A stretch of 64,000 nt of DNA from Alphaproteobacteria bacterium (GCA_009691045.1 SHWC01000001.1:20985-84984), one strand, 5' to 3'. Counted from the stretch's first letter, positions 45,675-56,272 are shown. Notes: generated from the letters alone by a model not told the origin. Translations and numbers: made by a program.

Positions 45675-46080
45675 CCTCATACTCGATACGCACATTTGGC
45701 TTTGGCTTGCGTTCGATGACCGGCGGCTGAAGGCGGAAACCCGCCGTGTCATCGATAAGGCGGCTGGCCAAGGTGTTCTCCACGTTTCCGCCATTTCAGT
45801 GTGGGAAATCGCGCTGCTTGCGGCTCGCCGCCGCATCGAGTTGGACCTGCCCGTCCGAGATTGGGTGGAGCAATCGCTCGCGCGCTCTGGGCTCGGACTC
45901 GCGGATCTCACGCCCGACATCATGATCGAGGCATACGAATTGCCAGCACCATTCCACGACGATCCCGCTGATCGCATGCTTGTGGCGACCGCTAGGTTAA
46001 GGGGGGCAAGGCTCCTCACTCATGATCGACTGCTTTTGGCCTATGGCGGCCTCGGCCATGTCGAGGTTTTGGCAGGCTAG
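45655..46080 (+). CDS. vapC: type II toxin VapC (PIN-domain ribonuclease)
   Basis: 141 aa with PIN acidic residues in context: ILDTHIWLW (Asp), SVWEIALL (Glu), [13 protein letters not shown] (Asp) and LLTHD. Confidence 0.85.
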   Translation: MISRRIDLILDTHIWLWLAFDDRRLKAETRRVIDKAAGQGVLHVSAISVWEIALLAARRRIELDLPVRDWVEQSLARSGLGLADLTPDIMIEAYELPAPFHDDPADRMLVATARLRGARLLTHDRLLLAYGGLGHVEVLAG

Positions 46081-46133
46081 AGCCTGCCCTTCCTTGGGTG
46101 GACGCCGCGCGCAGCGCGCCCTATAACCCCACC

Positions 46134-46967
46134 ATGTCTGGCACGCCCTTTATAAAGATGCACGGGCTCGGCAATGATTTCGTGGTCATCGATGCCCGCG
46201 CCAAGGCCTTGCGCCTGAGCGCTGAGGACGTGCGCGCGATCGCCAATCGGCGCACCGGCATTGGCTGCGATCAATTGATCGAGATTGAGGCGCCACAGGC
46301 CAAGGGCGCCGATGCCTTCATGCGTATTTATAACGCCGATGGCGGCGAGGTTGCGGCGTGCGGCAATGCCTCGCGTTGCGTCGCGTCGCTCCTGATGGGC
46401 GAGACCAAGCGCGCCACAATCATGCTCGAAACCAAAGCGGGTTTGCTCGCGGCCGAGGCGCGCGGGCAGGGGCGCATTGCTGTCGATATGGGCGCGCCGC
46501 GCCTTGAGTGGCAACAAATTCCGCTCGCCCGCGCGATGGATACGCTCCATCTCGATCTCGCACGCGGGCCATTGCGCGATCCGGTCGGGGTCAGCATGGG
46601 CAATCCGCATGCGGTGTTTTTTGTTGCCGATGTCGAAGCGATCGATATCGCGACGCTCGGTCCGGCGCTTGAACACGATCCGCTGTTCCCTGAGCGCGCC
46701 AATATCGGCATCGCGCAAATGCTCGATCGCACGCGCATTCGGCTGCGCGTGTGGGAACGTGGCGCTGGGCTGACGCTCGCCTGCGGCACGGGCGCGTGCG
46801 CGGCGTTGGTCGCGGCCGTGCGACGCGGCCTCGCCGAGCGAAAGGCGACGCTCATCCTCGATGGCGGGCCGCTCGAGATCGAATGGCGCGCCGACGATCA
46901 TGTGATGATGGCGGGTCCGGTCGCGACTAGTTTCACCGGCGTGTTGCCGAACGGGGCGGCGTCATGA
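46134..46967 (+). CDS. dapF: diaminopimelate epimerase
   Basis: Contains [11 protein letters not shown] and the two catalytic Cys contexts [11 protein letters not shown] and [10 protein letters not shown] chose ATG 46134 within ORF 46098..46967. Confidence 0.93.
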   Translation: MSGTPFIKMHGLGNDFVVIDARAKALRLSAEDVRAIANRRTGIGCDQLIEIEAPQAKGADAFMRIYNADGGEVAACGNASRCVASLLMGETKRATIMLETKAGLLAAEARGQGRIAVDMGAPRLEWQQIPLARAMDTLHLDLARGPLRDPVGVSMGNPHAVFFVADVEAIDIATLGPALEHDPLFPERANIGIAQMLDRTRIRLRVWERGAGLTLACGTGACAALVAAVRRGLAERKATLILDGGPLEIEWRADDHVMMAGPVATSFTGVLPNGAAS

Positions 46968-48211
46968 GCGCGCTCGATGTGATCAGCTTCGGCTGCCGGT
47001 TGAACGCCTATGAGGCCGAGGTCATGCGCGCCAAAGCGGGTGAGGCGGGGCTCGAGGATGCGGTGATCGTCAACACCTGCGCGGTCACCGCCGAGGCCGA
47101 GCGCCAGGCGCGCCAGGCGATTCGCCGGGCGCGGCGCGAGCGGCCCGAGGCACGCATCATCGTCACCGGTTGCGGCGTGCAGGTCGATCCTACGCGCTAT
47201 GCCGCGATGCCCGAGGTTGATCGCGTGATCGGCAATCTCGACAAGCTCGATAAAGCGAGCTTCATGCCGAGCGTGACGACACGTGTAGTGGTGAATGACG
47301 TGATGATGGCGCGCGAGACCGCCTCGCATTTGGTCGCGGGATTTGAGAATCGCGCGCGGGCGTTCGTGCAAGTGCAAAATGGCTGCGACCATCGCTGCAC
47401 CTTTTGCATCATTCCCTTTGGTCGGGGCCCGAGCCGCAGTGTGCCGATCGGCGAGATCGCGCGCGAGATTCGAAATCTGGTCGAGCATGGTCACCCTGAA
47501 ATCGTGCTCTCGGGCATCGATCTCGGCGCCTATGGCGCGGATTTGCCCGGCAAACCGCCGCTCGGCCAGATGGTGCGTCGCTTGTTGGCTGCCGTGCCCG
47601 AATTGCCGCGCCTTCGGCTCTCATCGATCGATCCGGTCGAGATCGATGATGAGCTCGAGAGTCTGTTGTGTAACGAGCCGCGCCTGATGCCGCATTTGCA
47701 TCTCAGCGTGCAGGCCGGCGATGACATGATCTTGAAGCGCATGAAGCGCCGCCATAATCGCGCCGATGTGATCGCGCTGGTTGAGCGGCTGCATGAGCGG
47801 CGCCCTGAGATGAAGTTTGGCGCCGATCTGATCGCGGGCTTCCCGACCGAGACCGATGCCATGTTCGACAATACGCTGCGTCTCGTGGATGAAGCGCGGC
47901 TCGATTATTTGCATGTCTTCCCCTATTCGTCGCGCCCGGGCACGCCGGCGGCGCGCATGCCACAAATGCCGGTCGCGCTGCGCAAGGCGCGCGCGGCACG
48001 ATTGCGCGCGCGCGGCGAGGAACGTTTGCGCGACGCGCTCGATGGCATGGTTGGGAAGACGGTTTCGGTCCTGATCGAACGCGATGGCGAGGGCCGTAGC
48101 GAGCATTATTTGCCGGTGCGCGTTGCTGATGATGCAAGCGCGCCAGGCACGATCATTTCCGCGCTCGCCATGGCGCGCGAAGGCAACACGCTGATCGCGC
48201 GCGCTGTATGA
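46964..48211 (+). CDS. mtaB: tRNA (N6-threonylcarbamoyladenosine37-C2)-methylthiotransferase MtaB (MiaB-like radical SAM)
   Basis: 415 aa, with an N-terminal UPF0004 domain ([11 protein letters not shown]), the radical-SAM cluster motif [11 protein letters not shown] and a C-terminal TRAM-like region. Confidence 0.85.
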   Translation: MSALDVISFGCRLNAYEAEVMRAKAGEAGLEDAVIVNTCAVTAEAERQARQAIRRARRERPEARIIVTGCGVQVDPTRYAAMPEVDRVIGNLDKLDKASFMPSVTTRVVVNDVMMARETASHLVAGFENRARAFVQVQNGCDHRCTFCIIPFGRGPSRSVPIGEIAREIRNLVEHGHPEIVLSGIDLGAYGADLPGKPPLGQMVRRLLAAVPELPRLRLSSIDPVEIDDELESLLCNEPRLMPHLHLSVQAGDDMILKRMKRRHNRADVIALVERLHERRPEMKFGADLIAGFPTETDAMFDNTLRLVDEARLDYLHVFPYSSRPGTPAARMPQMPVALRKARAARLRARGEERLRDALDGMVGKTVSVLIERDGEGRSEHYLPVRVADDASAPGTIISALAMAREGNTLIARAV

Positions 48212-49158
48212 GCAAGGCTGGCGAGACGGAGCGCCGCAGAGGCGGGTTCTTCGCGCGTCTGAAGGCGGGCCTCGCCAAAACCGCGCAAGGCCTGACCGGC
48301 TCGATCGGCACGATCTTCACCGGTCGCACGCTCGACCGCGCGATGCTCGATCAGCTGGAAGAGGCCTTGATCGCGGCTGATCTCGGCGTCGCGACCGCCG
48401 AGGAATTGGTCGAAGCGCTCGCCAAACAAAAACTCGGTTGTGAAGTGAGCGATGAAGACGTGCGTACGGCGCTGGCCGGTGAGGTCGCGCGTATTTTGGA
48501 GCCGGGCGCGCGGTCGCTGGTGATTGATTCCGCCCATAAGCCCCATGTGATTTTGGTCGCGGGGGTCAATGGCACAGGCAAGACCACGACGATCGGCAAG
48601 CTTGCGCACCAACTCAAGGCCGAGGGCCATTCGGTGATGCTGGTCGCGGGCGATACGTTTCGCGCCGCCGCGGTCGAGCAATTGAAGATTTGGGGGCAGC
48701 GCGCCAATTGCCCCGTGATAGCGCGCGCCGAAACCGGCGCCGATGCGGCCGGTCTCGCCTTTGATGCCTATGCCGAAGCGAAGGCAAAGGGTGCCGATGT
48801 GATGATCATCGACACCGCCGGTCGCTTGCAGAACAAGGCGCATTTGATGGACGAGTTGAAGAAGATCGACCGGGTGTTGAAGAAGGTGGATCCGAGCGCG
48901 CCGCACACGCGGCTCCTGGTGCTCGATGCGACGACGGGTCAGAATGCGCACAACCAGGTCGAGGTGTTCAAAGAAGCGGTCAAGATCGACGGCCTGGTGA
49001 TGACCAAGCTCGACGGCACGGCCAAAGGCGGCGTGGTGGTCGCCCTTGCCAAGCGCTTTGGCCTGCCGATTGTCGCCATTGGCGTTGGCGAGGGGATCGA
49101 TGATTTGAGGCCGTTCGAGGCCGAGGGCTTCGCCCGTGCGCTCTTAGGGCTGAATTAG
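48208..49158 (+). CDS. ftsY: signal recognition particle receptor FtsY (short form, NG domain only)
   Basis: 316 aa, with GVNGTGKTTT, DTAGRL and TKLDGTAKGG. Confidence 0.94.
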   Translation: MSKAGETERRRGGFFARLKAGLAKTAQGLTGSIGTIFTGRTLDRAMLDQLEEALIAADLGVATAEELVEALAKQKLGCEVSDEDVRTALAGEVARILEPGARSLVIDSAHKPHVILVAGVNGTGKTTTIGKLAHQLKAEGHSVMLVAGDTFRAAAVEQLKIWGQRANCPVIARAETGADAAGLAFDAYAEAKAKGADVMIIDTAGRLQNKAHLMDELKKIDRVLKKVDPSAPHTRLLVLDATTGQNAHNQVEVFKEAVKIDGLVMTKLDGTAKGGVVVALAKRFGLPIVAIGVGEGIDDLRPFEAEGFARALLGLN

Positions 49159-49733
49159 TCGCCAGGCCTAGGCGCGGCGTGGCCACGCGCGAAGTCGCCG
49201 GTTTGGCCGGTGGGATTACCATAGGGCGCACCGAGCGGGCGGCCCGCGGCGGTACGGTGATGGCTGAGCGCCCAAACCACCGAGGGGAAGGCAAGGGCAT
49301 CCCACGGAATCTCATCCCAGGTGAAAAACTGGGCCTCCAGGCTTTCCGGTCCGATGGCGAGAAGCTCGTCGGCCATCCGGGCGCGGAAAATCAGCTGCAC
49401 CTGGCTGATGCGCGGCACGTTGTAGACCGCGAGCAGGCCCTCGATTTCAAGCGCGGCGCCGGCCTCCTCGCGCGCCTCGCGCAGCGCGCCGGCCTCGGCG
49501 GTCTCGTTCTCTTCCATATAGCCGGCCGGGATGGTCCAGAAGCCCGCCTGCGGTTCGATCGCGCGCCGACACAAAAGAATTCGTCCGTCGTTCAGGCTGG
49601 CGACCGAGCCGACCACGATCTTGGGATTGTCATAGCGGATAAAGCCGCAGGTGTCGCACACCAGGCGGGGTAAATTATCGCCGTCTGGGATATGCCGGCG
49701 GATCGGCCCGCCGCTCTCAGGATAGCGTGTCAT
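49155..49733 (-). CDS. NUDIX hydrolase with an N-terminal zinc-ribbon-like segment
   Basis: Nudix box GYMEENETAEAGALREAREEAG and an N-terminal CDTCGF motif. I chose ATG 49733 inside ORF 49155..49793. The 3' end overlaps the ftsY stop by 4 nt (convergent genes). Confidence 0.8.
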   Translation of the reverse strand: MTRYPESGGPIRRHIPDGDNLPRLVCDTCGFIRYDNPKIVVGSVASLNDGRILLCRRAIEPQAGFWTIPAGYMEENETAEAGALREAREEAGAALEIEGLLAVYNVPRISQVQLIFRARMADELLAIGPESLEAQFFTWDEIPWDALAFPSVVWALSHHRTAAGRPLGAPYGNPTGQTGDFARGHAAPRPGD

Positions 49734-49885
49734 GACCCCATTATGAGCCGCGCGATCGCTGTCATCTACCGACAAACCGGGCCCAGCCTTCACACCTGGT
49801 TAAACAAAGACCACTAGTTTTATAGGGCGGCGAAATAGTGCCATTCTGCTGATACAGGCCCCGTCACCTGAACGAACCCGCCAAA

Positions 49886-52384
49886 ATGCCCGGCGCTAAC
49901 ATGGAGCGCTCAGAGCCGGCTTCAGCGCCGACACGAACGGCGCAAGCGGCCAGTCCGGCCGCGGCGCGGCTGCAGCCTTGCGCGTGGCAGGCGTTCGACA
50001 TGGTGCGAAAGCCTATGGCGCTCAGCGATGCGAACGGGCGGTTGGCCTATGCCAATCAAGCCTTCGTTCGGTTGGCCGCCCAAGTCTGCCCCGATGTCAC
50101 CGATAGCCGGGCTCTCACGCTGGCGCATGTTTTTGGTGTTGGCGCTAAGGACGAGGCGTTGGTGGCATCGATCGCGCGGGGCGAAGCGATGAGCGCCGAT
50201 GGCGTGCTCGAAGGCATGGGCAGAGCGGCGGTAAAATTACGCGTCATGGTCGAGCCGCTCGAACCCGGCGTTAGTGGTGGGGACATTGTCGGGCCGCGCG
50301 CTCTCGTTCTTTGCGACGACTTGACCCAGGGTGCTGCAGCGCCCAGCGGCGCCGGCGCGCAACCCGCGCCACAATCGGCCGAACTCAATTCACTGACCCA
50401 TGCGCTGGCCTTCGCGCGCGATGAAAGCGAGCGGGCTAATGCGGTCAAATCCAATTTCCTCGCCACGATGAGTCATGAAGTGCGCACGCCCTTGAATGGC
50501 GTGCTCGGCATGCTGCAATTATTGCTCGCGGGCGAACTCGACGCCAATCAACGGGATTACGCTGAAACCGCTGTTGGGTCGGCCAATGCCTTGCTCACGG
50601 TCATCAATGATGTGCTCGATTTCTCCAAGATGGAGGCGGGTCGGTTCGAACTTGAACGCATCGCTTACGATCTGGCTGTGTTGGTCGGCGGTATCGCGCA
50701 GGGCTTCGACGGCTAGGCGCGCGAAAAAGGACTGATTTTCCGTACCGAGATCGCGCCCAATGTACCAGACCGTTTGATCGGCGATCCGGCCCGACTCCGG
50801 CAGGTCGTGAACAATCTGATCAGCAACGTGATCAAATTCACGAAAAAGGGCTCGGTATCTCTTCATGTGTCGGTGATCGAAGCGGCGGCCGGCGGCGGCG
50901 CAAGATTGCGGTTCGAGGTGCGTGACACCGGGATCGGCATCGCCGAGGCGGATCGGGCCAAAATCTTCGAAGGATTTTCGCAACTCGATTCTTCGAACAC
51001 CCGAATCTATGGCGGGACAGGTCTAGGCCTTTCGATTTGCCATCGCGTGGCCATCATGATGGGTGGCACGATCGGTTTAGAGAGTGTGCTCGGCGAAGGC
51101 AGCGTCTTTCGATTTGAGATTCCGTGTAAGCCCGCGCTGGCCGAAAAAGGCCCGGCGCTGGTCGCCGATTTGTCGCGCACGCGAATCGTGATGACCGGCA
51201 CGGCGTTGAGCGAACGCCAGAGTCTGATCGAGGGGCTACAGGACGGCGTCGCAAAGGCGGAAATCGTGTCGTCCACCCGTGACGCGCTCGATCGACTGCA
51301 AGCGATGGTGGATGAAGGTGCCCGCAGGCCCGTGGTGATCTACGCGGCGGAGTCCCTGGCGGATGACGCGGCCGAATTCGCTCGACGCGTAAAGGCGAAT
51401 CGCGCTTTTGAGAACTGTCCCCTCATCCTGTTGATCCGTAGCGGGCTACGCGGGGATGCCGCGCACAGCAAGTCTCTCGGCTTCTCGGCCTATTTGGGCG
51501 AGCCGCTCGACGCCGAAATTATGCTGCGATGCCTGCGGTATTTCGAGAACGAGATGGACATTGGCCGTGAGAAATCGGCCGAATTGATCACCATTCATAG
51601 CCTCAAAGAGGCAATTGGCCGCGTGCCGATCGTCTTGATTGCCGAGGACCACCCGGTCAACCAGAAGCTGGCCGTCGCTCTCATGCAGCGTCTGGGTTGT
51701 TCGACGGTCATTGTCGACAATGGCGCCGAGGCTGTGGAGCGAGTCAAGGCGGGCGGCATCGATATGGTGTTGATGGATGTTCAGATGCCCGTGATGGATG
51801 GCATCAGCGCCACCCGCGCCATTCGAGAACTCGGCGATGCCGCCGCTTGGCTGCCGATCATCGCTGTGACGGCTCATGCCCTGGCGGGCGATGAGGAAAA
51901 ATACAAGGCCGCGGGCATGGATGATTTCGTGCCGAAGCCGATCGAGCCCGAGCGTCTGAAGAACACAATGCTGCATTGGCTTCGCCGGACAACCGAGCCG
52001 GGGCTTGGGGCGGGATCGGCTCGCCTTGGTGCCGCTCACGGCCTGCCAGTGCTCGATCAGGCCGTGCTTGATACGCTTGAGCGCTCGCTCGGCAAGGCCG
52101 GCGTCATCGAGCTCGCCAGGGCTTATATGGAGACGACCGTGCAGCATCTCGATGCGCTCGACCGGGCCATCGCCGCGGGCGACACCGTTAAAGTGGGCGC
52201 CGAGGTGCATGATTTGAAATCGTCCTCCGGCAATTTGGGAGCGCGTCAATTGGCGGCTCAAGCGCGCGCCATTCAGGCCGCGGTCAAATCCGAACCGCTG
52301 CCGGCAATTCGCGATCTGATGATCCCGCTCCGCGCTCAGTTCGATGCCGCGCGAAAGGCGTTTGGCGAGCGCTATCGCGCTTAA
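49886..52384 (+). pseudogene. hybrid sensor histidine kinase (PAS-like, HisKA, HATPase_c, degenerate REC, REC, Hpt), interrupted by an in-frame TAG
   Basis: ORFs 49886..50716 and 50774..52384 are in the same frame, with TAG at 50714-50716. Read-through gives ...[50 protein letters not shown]. Motifs present: H-box [10 protein letters not shown]1 box DTGIGI, G2 box GTGLGL, REC VLMDVQMPVMDG...VPKP, and Hpt HDLKSSSGNLGA. Confidence 0.8.
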
Positions 52385-52496
52385 CGACGGCCCATCGCTT
52401 TTCAATAGGGGCGCCACAGGGCAAAGTGTCGGCATGACACCGAGTCGCCCGATGACCCGCTTGTTTGCTCGCGATGCGGTTCATTTGCCTGGACGG

Positions 52497-54353
52497 ATGA
52501 AAAAACGACTCTTCGAGGTGGGGCGTGCGCTAGGTGTGGGTCTCGCGGCGCTGTTTTTTGCGGTTGTCTCGGCCGCAGCGGCGGATGACGGCGGCTCGCG
52601 CCATGGCCTTTCGCTGTTCGGGCCGCTCAACTATGACGCCGATTTCGAGCATTTCGATTATGTCGACCCGAATGCGCCGAAGGGCGGCACCTATAGTCGC
52701 GGTCTCGACGGCACCTTCGATAATCTCAACCCCTTCATCTTGAAGGGCGTGCCGGCCGAGGGCGTGGACCAGTTTGTTTTCGAATCACTGCTGGAGCCTT
52801 CGCAAGACGAACCCGATGCGGCCTATGGTCTGATTGCACGGAGCGTCACGCTGGCGCCCGATCGTCGGTCGGTGACATTCATCTTGAATGCGATGGCGCG
52901 CTTTCATGACGGCACGCCGATCACGGCGGCCGACGTGGTGTTCTCCTATGAGACGCTGCTCAAGGAGGGCAACCCGACCTTCCAGATACTTTATGCCGAT
53001 GTCGTGGCGGCCGAGGCGCTGGCGCCGAATGCCGTGCGCTTCCGCTTCAGTACGATCGAGAATCGCAAATTGCCGCTGCTCGTTGGCGCCATGCCGATTC
53101 TGTCGAAGGCCTATTACAGCAAGCACAAATTCAATCAGACCACCGTCGAACCGCCGCTTGGCAGCGGTCCCTATCGGGTCAAATCGGCCGATCCGGGCCG
53201 CAGTGTCGTCTATGAGCGCGTGTCCAATTATTGGGCGGCGCAATTGCCGGTTCGCATCGGCCGGCACAATTTCGACACCATCCGCTATGACTATTATCGC
53301 GACCGCACGGTCCTGGTCGAGGCGTTCAAGGCGGGGGCGTTCAACTGGCACGAGGAATTCACCTCGAAGACCTGGGTGACGGGCTATGACCTGCCCGAGA
53401 TCGCCGAAGGTCATATCGTGAAAGAGAGCCTGGCGGACAACACCCCTTCCGGCGTGCAAGCGTTTTTCATCAACACGCGGCACGCCAAATTCGCCGACCG
53501 ACGCGTGCGTCAGGCGCTCGACCTCGCCTTTGACTTCGAGTGGACCAACCAGACGATGTTCCACGAGCAATATAAACGCATGGCGAGCTATTTTGAGAAT
53601 TCCGAACTGGCGGCGCGCGGCCTAACCGAGGCGGACGAGCTCGCGCTGCTCAACCCCTTCCGCGCCAAGCTGCCGGCTGAGTTGTTCAACACGGCGTTCA
53701 CGCCGGCCGCGACCGACGGCTCGGGTGAGGCGCGTGCCAATCTACGTGCCGCTGGAAAACTGCTGAGCGAAGCCGGCCTGCGCGTGGCGGGTGGCAAGCT
53801 GCTTGAGCCATCAACCGGCGAGCCGTTCAAGCTCGAGTTTCTTTATTTTGAACCGAGTTTCGAGCGCGTCATCGCGCCCTATGCACGGAATCTCGAGAAG
53901 CTCGGTTTCGTCACCACGCTTCGCCTGGTTGATCCGGCCCAATACGAGAATCGCCTCAAGACGTTCGATTTCGACCTCATCATTCAGCGTTATGTTCAAT
54001 CGCTCTCGCCCGGCGCCGAGCTGCGCGGCTATTTCGGCTCGGCCGCGGCCAGCCAGGATGGCAGTCGCAATCTAGCGGGGATCAAAAACGGCGTGGTCGA
54101 TGCGCTGATCGAGACGGTGCTGGGCGCCGCCGATCGGCCCGCGCTCATCGCGGCCTGTCGGGCGCTCGATCGTGTTTTGCTGTTCGGGCATTACATGGTG
54201 CCGCAATGGTATAAGGGCCGGCATGATTTGATCTATTGGAACAAATTCGGCCGCCCGGCAAAAGCGCCGCTCTATGGCCTCGGTCTCGACACCTGGTGGG
54301 TCGATCAGGCCAAGGAGGCGGCGTTGAGCGCGACAGGGAAGACGATAGATTGA
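52497..54353 (+). CDS. yejA: ABC transporter substrate-binding protein, family 5 (YejA-like), copy 1
   Basis: About 618 aa from ATG 52497, with the signal peptide MKKRLFEVGRALGVGLAALFFAVVSAAAA. It belongs to the extracellular solute-binding family 5 and lies upstream of yejB/E/F-type genes. Confidence 0.85.
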   Translation: MKKRLFEVGRALGVGLAALFFAVVSAAAADDGGSRHGLSLFGPLNYDADFEHFDYVDPNAPKGGTYSRGLDGTFDNLNPFILKGVPAEGVDQFVFESLLEPSQDEPDAAYGLIARSVTLAPDRRSVTFILNAMARFHDGTPITAADVVFSYETLLKEGNPTFQILYADVVAAEALAPNAVRFRFSTIENRKLPLLVGAMPILSKAYYSKHKFNQTTVEPPLGSGPYRVKSADPGRSVVYERVSNYWAAQLPVRIGRHNFDTIRYDYYRDRTVLVEAFKAGAFNWHEEFTSKTWVTGYDLPEIAEGHIVKESLADNTPSGVQAFFINTRHAKFADRRVRQALDLAFDFEWTNQTMFHEQYKRMASYFENSELAARGLTEADELALLNPFRAKLPAELFNTAFTPAATDGSGEARANLRAAGKLLSEAGLRVAGGKLLEPSTGEPFKLEFLYFEPSFERVIAPYARNLEKLGFVTTLRLVDPAQYENRLKTFDFDLIIQRYVQSLSPGAELRGYFGSAAASQDGSRNLAGIKNGVVDALIETVLGAADRPALIAACRALDRVLLFGHYMVPQWYKGRHDLIYWNKFGRPAKAPLYGLGLDTWWVDQAKEAALSATGKTID

Positions 54354-54394
54354 TGCGGTGTCGGGATTCGTGCCGCCAAGAGGAGTTACGCTTG

Positions 54395-56251
54395 ATGCGT
54401 TCGCGTCTTTATCGCCATTTGGCCGGCGTCGTTGCGGCCTTGTTGGTGAGTTTCGGTTCGGCGTTTGCGCTCGCCGATGATGGTCTCTATGTCAGCCACG
54501 GCATCGCCATGCATGGCGATCTCAAATACGGGCCGGATCAAGGCTTTGACTATGTCAATCCCGATGCGCCCAAGGGCGGCACGCTCAGGCTGGCCTCGGT
54601 CGGCACCTATGACAATTTGAACCCTTTTATCATCAAGGGTGTCGCGGCCGACGGAATCAATTTGGTTTTCGAGACGCTGATGGAACCATCAAGCGACGAG
54701 GCCTTCTCGGAATATGGCTTGATCGCCGAGAAGATCGAGATGCCGGCCGGTCGCTCTTGGGTGATCTTCACGCTGCGCGCCGAAGCGCGTTGGCATGACG
54801 GCACACCGATCACCGTCGCCGACGTGATTTTTTCTCTGGAGACGCTGAAGACCCAGGGCAGCCCGAATTATCGCCTCTATTACGCGAACGTAGATAGAGC
54901 CGAGGATTTGGGCGAGCGGCGCGTTAAGTTCAGTTTCTCTGGCGGCGAGAATCGCGAGCTGCCACTGATCATCGGCCAGTTGCCGATCATCTCGAAGGCT
55001 TATTACACCGCGCACAAATTCGACGAGACCACGCTCCAGCCGCCGCTCGGCAGCGGGCCTTATAAAGTGTCCAAGGTTGAAAGCGGGCGCTCGATCACCT
55101 ATGAGCGCGTCAAGGATTATTGGGGCGCCAATTTTCCGCGCCAACGCGGGCGATATAATTACGATCTCATCCGTTATGACTATTTCCGCGATCCGACGGT
55201 CGCGCTCGAGGCTTTTAAGGCGCACGCATATGATTTCCGTGTCGAGAATTCCGCCAAGGAATGGGCGACGCAATATGTCGGCCCAAATTTCGACCGAAAG
55301 CTCGCGATCAAGGAGGAATTGCGTCACGAATTGCCGACCGGCATGCAGGGTTTTGCCGTCAATATCCGTCGGCCTTTGTTCGCCGATGTACGCGTGCGTC
55401 AGGCGTTGATTCAGGCGTTCGATTTCGAATGGGCGAACAAGAATCTTTTCTATGGCCAGTACACGCGGACCGAGAGCTATTTCTCCAATTCCGAATTGGC
55501 GTCATCGGGCTTGCCGAGCGCGGAGGAACTCGCGCTTCTTGAGCCGCTCAAGGCCGACCTGCCGCCTGAGGCTTTCACGCAGGCATACAAAGCACCCGCA
55601 ACCGATGGTTCGGGCAACAACCGCGCGAATTTGAAAAACGCGGCGGCGCTCTTGGATGCGGCGGGTTATGTGGTCAAGGACAAGAAGCGGATCGACCCCA
55701 AGACCGGCCGACCGATGGAATTCGAGTTTCTGATGGGAAGCCCGGGCTTTGAGCGCATCGTCGGTCCCTATGCCAAGAGCCTGGCGCGCCTTGGTATTGA
55801 ATGCAAATTGCGCGTGGTTGACTCCTCCCAATATGTCGAACGCCTTCGGAAGTTCGATTTCGACATGGTGGTTCAATCGTTTGGCCAATCGCTCTCGCCG
55901 GGCAATGAACAGCGCAATTATTGGTCGAGCAAGGCGGCCGATGCGCCGGATTCCGGCAATGTGGTCGGCATCAAATCCAAAGCGATCGATATTCTGATCG
56001 AGCATGTCATCGCGGCCAAGGACCGCAAATCTCTGATCACCGCGACGCGCGCGCTCGATCGGGTATTGTTGTTTGGCTATTACGTGGTTCCAAATTGGCA
56101 TATCCGGACATTTCGTATCGCCTATTGGGATATTTTCGAGCGCCCGAAGATTAGCCCGAAATACGGTCTCGGCTTTATCGATGCGTGGTGGATCAATCCG
56201 GCCAAGGAGAAGGCCATCGCCGAGGGCGCCGCTTTGCTCAAGACCGAGTAG
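54395..56251 (+). CDS. yejA: ABC transporter substrate-binding protein, family 5 (YejA-like), copy 2
   Basis: Collinear paralogue of copy 1; shared blocks include DYVNPDAPKGG, NLNPFI(I/L)KGV, WHDGTPIT, PPLGSGPY and RALDRVLLFG. I chose the signal-peptide start MRSRLYRHLAGVVAALLVSFGSAFALA at ATG 54395. An alternative is ATG 54353, which overlaps the upstream stop. Confidence 0.85.
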   Translation: MRSRLYRHLAGVVAALLVSFGSAFALADDGLYVSHGIAMHGDLKYGPDQGFDYVNPDAPKGGTLRLASVGTYDNLNPFIIKGVAADGINLVFETLMEPSSDEAFSEYGLIAEKIEMPAGRSWVIFTLRAEARWHDGTPITVADVIFSLETLKTQGSPNYRLYYANVDRAEDLGERRVKFSFSGGENRELPLIIGQLPIISKAYYTAHKFDETTLQPPLGSGPYKVSKVESGRSITYERVKDYWGANFPRQRGRYNYDLIRYDYFRDPTVALEAFKAHAYDFRVENSAKEWATQYVGPNFDRKLAIKEELRHELPTGMQGFAVNIRRPLFADVRVRQALIQAFDFEWANKNLFYGQYTRTESYFSNSELASSGLPSAEELALLEPLKADLPPEAFTQAYKAPATDGSGNNRANLKNAAALLDAAGYVVKDKKRIDPKTGRPMEFEFLMGSPGFERIVGPYAKSLARLGIECKLRVVDSSQYVERLRKFDFDMVVQSFGQSLSPGNEQRNYWSSKAADAPDSGNVVGIKSKAIDILIEHVIAAKDRKSLITATRALDRVLLFGYYVVPNWHIRTFRIAYWDIFERPKISPKYGLGFIDAWWINPAKEKAIAEGAALLKTE

Positions 56252-56272
56252 AAGGGGACGCGAAGCCACGTC

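Noticed and set aside
36925-50716. The possibility that the two in-frame TAG codons (36925-36927 and 50714-50716) reflect amber recoding (pyrrolysine or a suppressor) rather than mutations.
   Set aside because: TAG clearly acts as an ordinary terminator for several well-delimited genes in this window: rlmH, higB, vapC, the second yejA and yejB. No pyl genes or suppressor tRNA are visible here. The TPR gene also carries a frameshift, which favours decay. The question stays open only at the level of checking the rest of the genome.
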